DNA of 63,503 bases, filler included, from Octopus bimaculoides (GCF_001194135.2; 4 parts of 4 records of this genome joined end to end with filler, not necessarily neighbours in it), one strand, 5' to 3'; counted from the first letter of the whole stretch, positions 51,920 to 63,393 are shown. A program made the numbers and translations. Notes: generated from the letters alone by a model not told the origin.

Positions 51920-52922
51920 CAAAGAAACAGAAGCAACAGATGAGAAAAGCAGAAGATAAAGATGTGGGAATGGAAAGAGGAAAAGGAAAAAAGAACAAGA
52001 AGAAAACGACGAAGACTAAGAACAAGGACAAGAGGGAGAAGACGAAGAAGAAAAAGAAAAGGAGAAAACATGGAGAAGACATGCTTAAAAGATGATAGGA
52101 TGAAGCAGAGAATGTAGCAAAAGAGAAAACAACAAATAATTCGGAGATTAAGAACAGACTTTGGAAGAAGATAAGTTGGGAAAGAAAAACTCAGTTGCTT
52201 GCTGTCAGATACACACATATGCACATACAGGTTTTCACATACATTCATTCACGGATACACTTGTGCATAAAATATGATATGTTGTGTAGTCATACCCACG
52301 GTTACACTAACACACATTGAAATGCACTCCTCGCAAATGTGATGAGAGAGAATATTAGTCGAAAAGAAGAGAAAGGAAAGAACATGGGAAAACATCACAA
52401 ATTTATAAATAAACCATCGGTGAAAAAATATCTGGGCAATTGATGTACATTATAAGTGCTGGCAGTTTGTATTGTTTACAGAGAGAAAGTAACATTTGAT
52501 TATTTTCTAAGAGTTAATATTCTTAAATTGTCCATCAACAAGTTGCTGTTTCAGAAAAATAACCTGAAGTGAATGAAGTCGGAGATGAATAGAAGAAATC
52601 AGTGAGAAAACTGAACAGAACAAGCCGTAAAAATAGAAGACAAAACATATGAATACAAATTGTTTGGTCACATATACATTTAGACTCTCACATATACATG
52701 AACATGCACAGATGCATTTCCATTAATAAGTTTTAACGCAAACATATATATTATCCCAGTAGTACTCGACTTCAGAATCAGTCAAACAGATATGATGTCA
52801 ATATGGGGATAGAATAGGAGGTACAGGGATAAAAAGAGTGAGGGGAAGAGAAATGAGAGGACAAGAAGGTTATGTAAAAATAACCTTCATAATGCATTAT
52901 CTTCGAAAGTGAACGAACTTAC

Positions 52923-52994
52923 AATAACTGTAAATTATTGAGACCTTGGAAGCTTCCTTCTTCAATACTCAAAATATTATTTCCGGTTAAATAT
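52923..52994 (-). CDS. 72-nt LRR exon, YLTGNNILSIEEGSFQGLNNLQLL
   Basis: TTCTTTATTGCTACAG| acceptor, TT|GTAAGT donor, 72 nt, phase 2/2, canonical LRR consensus. Confidence 0.88.
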
Positions 52995-54110
52995 CTGTAG
53001 CAATAAAGAACAAGGGTAACAATTATGGAAAATATGTGTGGTAATATATTGAATAATGTTTCTGAAATGAAACAAACGATGACAAGACAGATTATGATAA
53101 AGAAGAAGAAGAAGAAGAAGAAGAAAAAGAAGAAGAAGAAGAAGAAGAAGAAGAAGAAGATGAAGAAGAAGAAGAAGAAGAAGAAGAAGAAGAAGAAGAA
53201 GAAGAAGAAGAAGAAGAAGAAGAAGAAGAAGAAGAAGAAGAACGTGAAGAAAAGAACAAGATATTGAAAGGAGAAGAACAAGAAGGTGATGAAGAATAGA
53301 TGGAAACATACAAGAAGAAAATAAGTTTAGTAACAAATAGAAATTTAACGAGAAAAGAAAAGTATATGAAGAAGAAAAAGAACAAGATGCGGAAGTAGAA
53401 GAGGAGGAAAGTAAGATGANNNNNNNNNNNNNNNNNNNNNNNNNNNNNNNNNNNNNNNNNNNNTTAATTAATTAANNNNNNNNNNNNNNNNNNNNNNNNN
53501 NNNNNNNNNNNNNNNNNNNATATATATATATAGTTTTAGGGAAAAGAACCAAGGTTCATGAACTCATCGATGAAAATCCACTGTCACATAGAAAAACTAA
53601 TAATTAAAAGCACAATAAATGAGTATATGCATATATACGTACATCTATGTACATACTTACATCTATCTGTATATATAGATGCATATCTGGGTACAGGACA
53701 TTGTAAACAACACGTAGACAAAATGATAAACAGAGTACAGAAAACACACAGGCCACAAGCCCGGTTTCACCCGGTCGGTTTGGATGATGTGGCTGTAAAA
53801 CCTGCTCTGTGTAAGCATTCGACTTGTTTGGGCACGCTTATGTTAAAAAACAATTTTAGAATGACATTTTTCTGTTGAAACGCTAAAAATAACTAACCAA
53901 CAACAAAAGACAACTAAGATTGAACAAAATCAAAAATTAAACCCAAATACTAAGCGAACAAAGATGAACCATTCCAATTCCATTGCGCGCGCACGCACAC
54001 ACATTCACATACTCCCCTTTTACATACACACACATATATTTACAGAGTTGAAACGCTGTTTGTTTTATTTTTTCAGCGTACAATTTTCATCATCCCACTA
54101 CCAAGTATGA

Positions 54111-54336
54111 CATCACCCCTTCCTTCCTTATTCATCTATCACTCCTTCCTTTCTCATTCATAAAAACAAGAGTATTATTATAGTAGATTATCTTGGTAAC
54201 CATGGGAGATATGAAAAAATATGCCATCACCCCTTCCTTCCTTATTCATGTATCACCCCTTCCTTTCTCATTCATAAACACAAGAGTATTATTATTGTAG
54301 ATTATCTCGGTAACCATGGGAGCTATGAAAAAATAC
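54111..54336. repeat. 114-bp tandem duplication (2 copies)
   Basis: CATCACCCCTTCCTTCCTTATTCAT...CCATGGGAG.TATGAAAAAATA starts at 54111 and again at 54225. Confidence 0.9.
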
Positions 54337-54458
54337 AAAGGACAGCATCACTACCGGATCATTCTACACATCTGTGTAATTTTTGCGCAATTCCACCCAC
54401 GTTTGACCGTGAATCGCAAGACAAGAAAGAATCGCCCATGTCAAATGTATATGTATAG

Positions 54459-54462
<4 letters not shown>

Positions 54463-54554
<92 letters not shown>

Positions 54555-55113
54555 TCTTTCTTTATTGACCACATGGACCACACAAAATCACAGGTCAGTC
54601 CAACAGAAGGGACAGTGGGGATTTTACTTATATTGTTGGTCTTGTATTCCGGTGCGTGTAAAGAGTAAAAGACAATAAGAATTAACAATAAAAATTCGAA
54701 CAATAAAATTGTGAGGCAGCTCCGCACAGAGACAACCAAGGAGAACGGTATTGTCGCCTTGCGTACCTCTCGGACATCCGTCAGACAGCACTTCCGTGCC
54801 TGAAGAGCCTGTATCGAACAGGTAGAGCTCTCCGGTAACACTACCAGGTCAGAGATTTCTGGAAATTATCCATCGGCTCCGGCCTGAAAGTGCCCCGAAA
54901 ATGACCAGGAAACTGATCCCCCGACTCCCGACGCCCAGAGTTTCCCCGAGGACATCGTCGCTCTTGCCTGCCACTGATATCCAATGTGGAACTTCCATCA
55001 ACCGCACTGCCTGACTGGCAGAGGACTATGAGCACTTGTTGACACTCCAGGTGCCTTTCTCGGTCTACTGTTGATCCAGGACTGTAGCTCTGTCAATGAG
55101 ACAAGCTGCGGAA
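54463..55113 (-). mobile_element. L1/Tx1 LINE 3' end with a long (ATT)n tail
   Basis: DNFQKSLTW*CYRRALPVRYRLFRHGSAV (zf-RVT-like region), AATAAA, then an (ATT)n tail of about 30 units (54463-54553). Confidence 0.75.
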
Positions 55114-55222
55114 AATTTTATCTAACAAACAGTGGTCACATCTGTTCACTATTAAAGAAACGCTAGCGATGTTGCAGCCTCGGCGCATGTCTGCCGTATC
55201 ATTATCCACGGCGTGCCCAGTG

Positions 55223-55278
<56 letters not shown>

Positions 55279-55297
55279 CTCTCTATCTCTCTCTATA

Positions 55298-55387
<90 letters not shown>

Positions 55388-55407
55388 ATGCTTGTCAGGC
55401 AGGATCT

Positions 55408-56190
55408 TCCGCAGATCACCTCATTGACGAGCTACAATCCTCCTCGATCAAGCGTAGACCGAGAAAGGATGATTGACACCGGGAGTGTCGGCAGACGCTC
55501 GTAGACCTCTACCAGTTGGGAAACGCGGTCGATGGATTTAGTGCTAGGCAAGAGCGATGACATCCTCGGAGAAACTCTGGGTGTCATGATGGGATGAATT
55601 AGCTGGTCTTTTGCGGTTGACTTTCGGGCTGAGGCCTATGGAAATCCCTGATAATACCGGGGAGCTCTGCCAGACTGAAACGAGCTCTAAGAGAAAATAG
55701 AAGTGCTGCCTGTCTGACGGACCTGTCTGAGATGTCCGCAGAGAGACAAAACCGTTTTGCATGCAGAGTCCGAGCATTGCAGATTTTTAAAGCTTTGTCA
55801 AACAGCTGCTGACGCATTTAACAGGGATCCGGTTATCAGCCTATAGTCCATCGTGAGGATCGCTCCGCTGCCTTTTTGTTGAAAGGCGGGTGAATGTGGC
55901 GAGGATGGCCCGTGTGAATGGGCTAACTCTGTACATATGCTTGTAAGCTGGAGGAGTTGAGAAGGAGAGAGGCACTTGCTGAGGTGTCTCTTGCGGTCGG
56001 GGTAACCAGGATGTGAGGGGTTCCTTGGTTTTCACTGAGTGAAATTTTGTTGTAGAACTTTGGGGGAATTTTTGTTGCTAATTGTTCTCTCTTTATACAC
56101 AAAATTTTATGCTAGGCCCCACTTGTCCTTTGTCCCTTGTGTTGCACTATGTTCGACCCATGTGGCCAATAAAGAAAAGATTATTATTTA
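55408..56190 (+). mobile_element. L1/Tx1 LINE 3' end, related to the 54463-55113 copy and oppositely oriented
   Basis: Diverged nucleotide similarity to the reverse complement of 54560-55113. ORF2 end RRVNVARMARVNGLTLYICL*, then CCAATAAAGAAAAGATTATTATT. Confidence 0.75.
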
Positions 56191-56365
56191 AGTGCTGGGC
56201 TGGCAGAATTGTTAACCTACCGGTTAACACTTTCTGTGTTCCAATTCCGCCGAGATCGACTTTGCTTTCAACCTTTCGGTGTCGATAAAATAAGTACCAG
56301 TTGAGCACTGAGGTTGATGTAATCGACAAGCCCCTTTCCCTTAAAATTGCTGGCCTTGTACCAAA
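56190..56365 (+). mobile_element. SINE family B copy; further copies at 13390-13500 (+), 42000-42060 (-), 42790-42935 (-) and 58700-59045 (+, two partial tandem copies)
   Basis: CTGGCAGAATTGTTA...CCGCCGAGATCGACTTTGC...GTCGATAAAATAAGTACCAG. Confidence 0.75.
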
Positions 56366-57133
56366 ACTTTTTTTAAATATCGTCATTATCATTTCGATCG
56401 CATTTGACAGAAGAAAGAAAGAGAGAATCAGTGAAGTAAAAGTAATTTCATTTTTAACATCCTTAATCACCATTGTAAAAAACATCACCTCTGTTATTCT
56501 AATTAGCTTTGGCTCAGGGTTGTTGTTGTTGTTGTTGATGTTGTGTGCTTTGTTTGAATTATTTGGTTTGTTTTTTTGTTGTTGTTTTTGTTGGTGTTTT
56601 TTATCTGTCCATTTTTCTGTAANNNNNNNNNNNNNNNNNNNNNNNNNNNNNNNNNNNNNNNNNNNNNNNNNNNNNNNNNNNNNNNNNNNNNNNNNNNNNN
56701 NNNNNNNNNNNNNNNNNNNNNNNNNNNNNNNNNNNNNNNNNNNNNNNNNNNNNNNNNNNNNNNNNNNNNNNNNNNNNNNNNNNNNNNNNNNNNNNNNNNN
56801 NNNNNNNNNNNNNNNNNNNNNNNNNNNNNNNNNNNNNNNNNNNNNNNNNNNNNNNNNNNNNNNNNNNNNNNNNNNNNNNNNNNNNNNNNNNNNNNNNNNN
56901 NNNNNNNNNNNNNNNNNNNNNNNNNNNNNNNNNNNNNNNNNNNNNNNNNNNNNNNNNNNNNNNNNNNNNNNNNNNNNNNNNNNNNNNNNNNNNNNNNNNN
57001 NNNNNNNNNNNNNNNNNNNNNNNNNNNNNNNNNNNNNNNNNNNNNNNNNNNNNNNNNNNNNNNNNNNNNNNNNNNNNNNNNNNNNNNNNNNNNNNNNNNN
57101 NNNNNNNNNNNNNNNNNNNNNNNNNNNNNNNNN

Positions 57134-57187
<54 letters not shown>

Positions 57188-58009
57188 GTAAACGTACACA
57201 TAAGCGCGCGCACACACACATACACACACAAGTGGGGCTTTTTTTATATTCAGAGAACCTAATTGCAAATTTAGTCGAGTAATTCTAATGAATGTCACAG
57301 TTTGGAAAGAGGAAGAAATAAATAAAAAGACAGTTAAGATGATAGAAAGAGATGAAGAGAGAGAGAGAGAGAGAAGGAGAAAGGGAGAGCGAGATACAGA
57401 AAGAGAAGGAGAAGCAATGGAAGAGAGAGAGAGAACGAACGAAAGGTAACAGAAATGAATTGAAAAGCTATTTAAAAGATATAAAGAGATATAAAGTTTG
57501 TTTTAATTGTTTTGCTTGTTTTTCTTTTTTAAACTGTCAACAGAGAAAAAATCAATACAGAAATAAAATACTTAAACAAGAATATAAAAAGTAACAATAA
57601 TGTCAATAATAACTACAACAATAATAACAACGACAAACAATTGAGATTTGAAACGCGTTTATAACAGGAAAAATATCAAAGTTTGTAATAATGGGTATAA
57701 ATAAATTTGACAAAGAAAATAATGAGAATATAAACCAGGATAGAAACCCTCATTTTATTTTGATTGGTCTGTGATGGAGAATTTTTGCTTGTTTGTTTCT
57801 TTACTTCGTTTTGTTTTGTTTTGTTTTTGTTTTTTGTTATTTTTTTCGGTCTTTTGTTTTTGTTATAAGCTTGTCTGATGTATTAATTCGTTCGCTTCGT
57901 TGAACATAAGTCTCTGCATGGTTTTATACACGCCTTCCATGGTTTCTTAGTGAAATAACTATCATACAGTTATAGTGCTGGAGCCTTCAACGCCAGGCAG
58001 CCTTTAGCA

Positions 58010-58120
58010 AACTAATAAAGCATGATCTAGACACCGCAGGCTTCCCTTCCCAGCTCGAGCCAGCAGGGCTAGACCGAGGGGACGGTAAATGGCCGGACGG
58101 TATGACAATTTCCTATGACC
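58010..58120 (+). mobile_element. CRE-like non-LTR element, restriction-like endonuclease fragment
   Basis: IKHDLDTAGFPSQLEPAGLDRGDGKWPDGMT matches the recalled LEP.GL.R.DGKRPDG.T motif. Confidence 0.65.
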
Positions 58121-59096
58121 ACTGAACTACAATAGGTCCTGTCGAGGAGTAGAAGACGGTAAATCTTTGATTCGTGGTTTTGGTTTTTTCTTTGATATTA
58201 CGTTCCAAGTCAAGGTGGCCATCTTAGTTGTCCTGTTGAAGACACGGTCGTGTCTTGTTTTGCTTTGACTGAGGCAAAGTATAAGTAAAAAACAACAAAG
58301 CTCCCAGGACAGTGCCGCTTTTAAGCCTTAAAACTTATAGGGCCAGTGATTTCGTTTCCATGTGGTATAAATGACCGAGGAAGACCTGTAACACACACAA
58401 GTACACACACACCCATACACACACTCACACTCACACAAGTGTGAGTAGAGTATGTACACAAACACAAGTGTGTGTGTGTGTGTACATACCCTACTCACCC
58501 ACATATGTATAGGTGTATGTATGTGTCAGAGTTTTTGTGCGTAATTTTCACTGTGTATGTCAATGTTGGAGCATGTCTCACATTGTGAGTAATAGCATAG
58601 GTCTGTGTGTGCGCGCGCGTGTGTGATGTGTTATTAGGTGAGCTTTTTTGTCTTCTTCGTGTTTCTAAGAAGCATTTTCTTTTTTGCGTCGGTCATTATT
58701 GCTGGAAGGAAGGTGATGAGTTTGCACAATCATTAGACCTCCGAACAAAATGCTTGGCGACATTTCTTCCAGATTTTAACGTTCTAGGTTCAAATTCCAC
58801 TGATATCAACTTTACCTTTCATCCTTTTGGGATTGATAAGATAAGTACCAGTCGATCGAGGATTGGGGTCAATGTAATCGACTTAGCCCTACTCCCAAAA
58901 ACTTTAAGCCGTGTTGCTGTAGTAGAAATAATTCTGCTGCGGTCGACTTTACCTTTCATCCTTTCGAGGTTGATAAAATAAATGTCTGTTAAATACTGAG
59001 GTCGGTGTAATCGACTGCTTCCTTCCCCAAAATTTCAGGCTTATTTTGCTTATAAAATTTTACTTATAGTAGAAATAATTAGCAGCAACTACAGCA

Positions 59097-59165
<69 letters not shown>

Positions 59166-59416
59166 TTATTATTGCTGTTGTTACTCTTTTATCTCCAGAC
59201 GTCTTAACCAAATTTCCCCCAAAACTGAATTACATTCTCTCCTTGGTTGTTGTTGTTGTAGTAGTTGTTGTTGTTGTTTTATTCCAAGACATCACTAATC
59301 TGTACTTCTTTATCTTTTTCACTTCTTCACTTTCAAAAGTTGGATTTTTGACAAAAAAAATAATTCAACATCTTTGATCTTTTTTTTTTTTTAGTTATTT
59401 CTTCCTAACATAAAAA

Positions 59417-59482
<66 letters not shown>

Positions 59483-59686
59483 TTCTGCATGTCTAGCTCC
59501 CTCTCTTTCTATCCGCTTTTCTCTCTTTCTCTATCCCTCTCTTTTTCACTTTCCTTTTCTTTCTCTCTTTTTCTCATTCGTTCCGTCTTTGTCTTATATA
59601 TAATATACATGTGTGTGTGTGCTTATATATAAGTATGTATATATGTATATATGTATGTTCGTATTTATGTGTATATACATATACGC

Positions 59687-59732
<46 letters not shown>

Positions 59733-60539
59733 NNNNNNNNNNNNNNNNNNNNNNNNNNNNNNNNNNNNNNNNNNNNNNNNNNNNNNNNNNNNNNNNNNNN
59801 NNNNNNNNNNNNNNNNNNNNNNNNNNNNNNNNNNNNNNNNNNNNNNNNNNNNNNNNNNNNNNNNNNNNNNNNNNNNNNNNNNNNNNNNNNNNNNNNNNNN
59901 NNNNNNNNNNNNNNNNNNNNNNNNNNNNNNNNNNNNNNNNNNNNNNNNNNNNNNNNNNNNNNNNNNNNNNNNNNNNNNNNNNNNNNNNNNNNNNNNNNNN
60001 NNNNNNNNNNNNNNNNNNNNNNNNNNNNNNNNNNNNNNNNNNNNNNNNNNNNNNNNNNNNNNNNNNNNNNNNNNNNNNNNNNNNNNNNNNNNNNNNNNNN
60101 NNNNNNNNNNNNNNNNNNNNNNNNNNNNNNNNNNNNNNNNNNNNNNNNNNNNNNNNNNNNNNNNNNNNNNNNNNNNNNNNNNNNNNNNNNNNNNNNNNNN
60201 NNNNNNNNNNNNNNNNNNNNNNNNNNNNNNNNNNNNNNNNNNNNNNNNNNNNNNNNNNNNNNNNNNNNNNNNNNNNNNNNNNNNNNNNNNNNNNNNNNNN
60301 NNNNNNNNNNTATATATATATATATATATATGGGAGAATGTACGAAAAAACAACAACAGACGAGGACAGGTGGTGTAAATAACAAAAGGATGTATTAGTA
60401 TGACGCTCGGGAATACGGAAAGTCTTTGACGTTTCGAGCTACGCTCTTCAACAGAAATTTGTCTCTATACTTAGGAAAATAACAAACTGATCACTGACGA
60501 GGCTATAATAAACATCAAAAGTAGTCAGATCAGACCACA

Positions 60540-61022
60540 AAAAGAAAACGTGTTTTACGCTCCAGCGCTGTGGGCAATGTTTTCCGGAGACTCGCGGTCC
60601 ATGTCGTCTGCATTACTGTTGCACCCAAACTAGGCAAGGAACTCGGCCCGGTACAGCTGGCGTTCACCATAGCAAGTGGGTGTGAGCGGCCACTCATGCC
60701 GCTAGACAGTTTTTCAATGACTTTCCTCCTGAACCGACATCGAGCGACTCTAACCACCTCATTGTCAAGCTTGACATGAAAGCGTTTTCAACTGTCTGTA
60801 CCGCAGCCACACTCCGTCTGTTTATCCGCAGGCTTACCTGTCGTACAGGGCTCCAAGCTTGCTCCTCGGCATTCAACCGGATGATCCGTTGGGACCCCTG
60901 TTATTTGCTGTCAGAATGGACAACATTGTTCGGAGCATCACAGCTCCTTCCAGCCTCATGAACCTGTACGATGCGACGATAGGTGGGCAAGTAGAGAGTG
61001 TCTGCCAAGATCTCCGATCATA
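60540..61022 (+). mobile_element. CRE-like non-LTR element RT fragment
   Basis: LRSSAVGNVFRRL, PVQL...SGCE, HAAR, KLDMK.AFN-like, GIQPDDPLGPLLFA and Y-DATIGG (degenerate YLDD), with frameshifts. Confidence 0.75.
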
Positions 61023-61257
61023 AATGTTCCTAAATTTACCTTACATCTCTATCCATACCCTACATACACTATCACATAGTGTATGTGAATGTGAGTGTAT
61101 ATATGTACGTATATAGTTTTTATGCATATATTTAAGTTTCTCTAGTTGTATTTCTATCTCTCACTTTCTCTTTATCTCCCACTCTCTATTTCTCTCTCTT
61201 TCTCTATCTATCTGTCTCTGCTTATTAGTCTTTTATATTTATCCCACCGCTCTATTT

Positions 61258-61300
<43 letters not shown>

Positions 61301-61301
61301 A

Positions 61302-61333
<32 letters not shown>

Positions 61334-62265
61334 NNNNNNNNNNNNNNNNNNNNNNNNNNNNNNNNNNNNNNNNNNNNNNNNNNNNNNNNNNNNNNNNNNN
61401 NNNNNNNNNNNNNNNNNNNNNNNNNNNNNNNNNNNNNNNNNNNNNNNNNNNNNNNNNNNNNNNNNNNNNNNNNNNNNNNNNNNNNNNNNNNNNNNNNNNN
61501 NNNNNNNNNNNNNNNNNNNNNNNNNNNNNNNNNNNNNNNNNNNNNNNNNNNNNNNNNNNNNNNNNNNNNNNNNNNNNNNNNNNNNNNNNNNNNNNNNNNN
61601 NNNNNNNNNNNNNNNNNNNNNNNNNNNNNNNNNNNNNNNNNNNNNNNNNNNNNNNNNNNNNNNNNNNNNNNNNNNNNNNNNNNNNNNNNNNNNNNNNNNN
61701 NNNNNNNNNNNNNNNNNNNNNNNNNNNNNNNNNNNNNNNNNNNNNNNNNNNNNNNNNNNNNNNNNNNNNNNNGATAAATCAGCTTTAGAACAGGAGCGAC
61801 TCAGCAGGACACTGCTGAGCATCAGTGATGCGGTACAAAGTGTACAGAAAAGTAGAACTGGTGGGTATTACAACAGCATCTGCACCAAGCACTACACCAA
61901 CACACACATAAACATTCTACCACACTAACATCCTCATCAACAACAACAACAACAACGATATATTAGCCTCTACGATCGATGTGTCAGCCATGCCTTCTTG
62001 TGTTTTCCAACAAACCACCAGTACTACCCCTACCATCACCACCACCACCACTGCTGTAACTATTGCCTCAACCAGCACCACTATTATCCCTGTCCACGTA
62101 ATATTCTACCCTCTTCACCACCGTCACCGCAACCATTATTACTACGATTACTATTACCAGCACTATTATTACCCACTACCAGCACAACCATTGTTACCAT
62201 TACCGTCACTAACACCACCGTAACCGCACCTACCACCTGTACCATCAAGAATCTCATTACCGTCA

Positions 62266-62310
<45 letters not shown>

Positions 62311-62410
62311 NNNNNNNNNNNNNNNNNNNNNNNNNNNNNNNNNNNNNNNNNNNNTTAATTAATTAANNNNNNNNNNNNNNNNNNNNNNNNNNNNNNNNNN
62401 NNNNNNNNNN

Positions 62411-63200
62411 CTTCATCGAAATTATCTGGTCGAAAAGCTTGGTCCAAAACAATAGTTTGGTCGAAAAGTTGGCTCGAAAGCCAAAAGTTTGGTAGAAAAT
62501 AACTAGTTTCGTCGAAATGTTTCGTCGAAAATAAGATTTCGTCGAAAATAAAGAGTATGGTCGAAAACTTTCGTCGAAAATAAATATTTCTTTGAAAATT
62601 ATATACATAATCTTTTATTCTATTAATTGTTTCGGGCATTAGATCGTGGCCATGCACCTGCCCTCCCTCCCCATCACCACTCAAATCCTCCTCTCCGGAA
62701 TGTTAAGCATTCCTTCCTCCTCTTCCTCCCCTTCATCTCTCAAATCCCCCTCTCTGGAATGTTGAGCGTTCCTCCTTCCCCTTCCTCCCCTTCTCCACTT
62801 AAAATCCCCCTCTCTGGAATGTTGAGCGTTCCTCCGTCCCCTTTCTCCAGTCAAATCCCCCTCTCTGGAATGTTAAGATTTCGACCAATAATTTGGTCGA
62901 AATGTTACGTCGAAAATGAGATTTCGTCGAAAATAAAAAGTTTTGTCGAAAAGGATTCATCGAAATTATTTGGTCGAAAAGTTTGGTCGAAACCAATAGT
63001 TTGGTCGAAAAGTTTGGTAGAAAGCCAAAAGTTTGGTAGAAAATAACTAGTTTGGCCGAAATGTTTCGTCGAAAATGAGATTTCGTCGAAAATAAAGAGT
63101 TTGGTAGAAAAGTTTCGTCGAAAATAAATTGTTTTGTCGAAAATTATATATATAATCTTTTATTCTATTAATTGTTTCGGGCATTAGATCGTGGCCATGC
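62411..63200. repeat. GTCGAAA-rich short-period array duplicated with a period of about 545 bp, plus a 60-bp tandem repeat (62690-62875)
   Basis: 62411-62656 matches 62955-63200. The unit TCTCTGGAATGTTGAGCGTTCCTCC...AAATCCCCC recurs 3-4 times. Resembles DNA-transposon subterminal repeats; family unassigned. Confidence 0.8.
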
Positions 63201-63390
63201 TGGAGCGCCGTCTTGGAGAGTTTTTAGTCGACTGTATCGACCACATTACTTATTGTTTTTAATCAAAGTACTTACACTATCGGTCACTTTGTCGAACCGC
63301 TAGGTTACGGAGTGGGATAATCACTGACACAAAGATACATACACACGTACTCGCACACACGACAGTCTTCTTCAGTGGGACTGAACCAGG
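63170..63390 (-). mobile_element. SINE family A, diverged copy
   Basis: GGCCATGCTGGAGCGCCG...GAACCGCTAGGTTACGG...GTGGGACTGAACC. Confidence 0.6.
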
Positions 63391-63393
63391 AAA

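Noticed and set aside
60428-60454. Hammerhead-like motif on the minus strand (TTGAAGAGCGTAGCTCGAAACGTC) in a Penelope-type terminal sequence; weaker look-alikes near 30775-30790 and 40080-40110
   Set aside because: The core deviates from CUGANGA and I cannot form an adjacent stem I. At most these are decayed PLE remnants.
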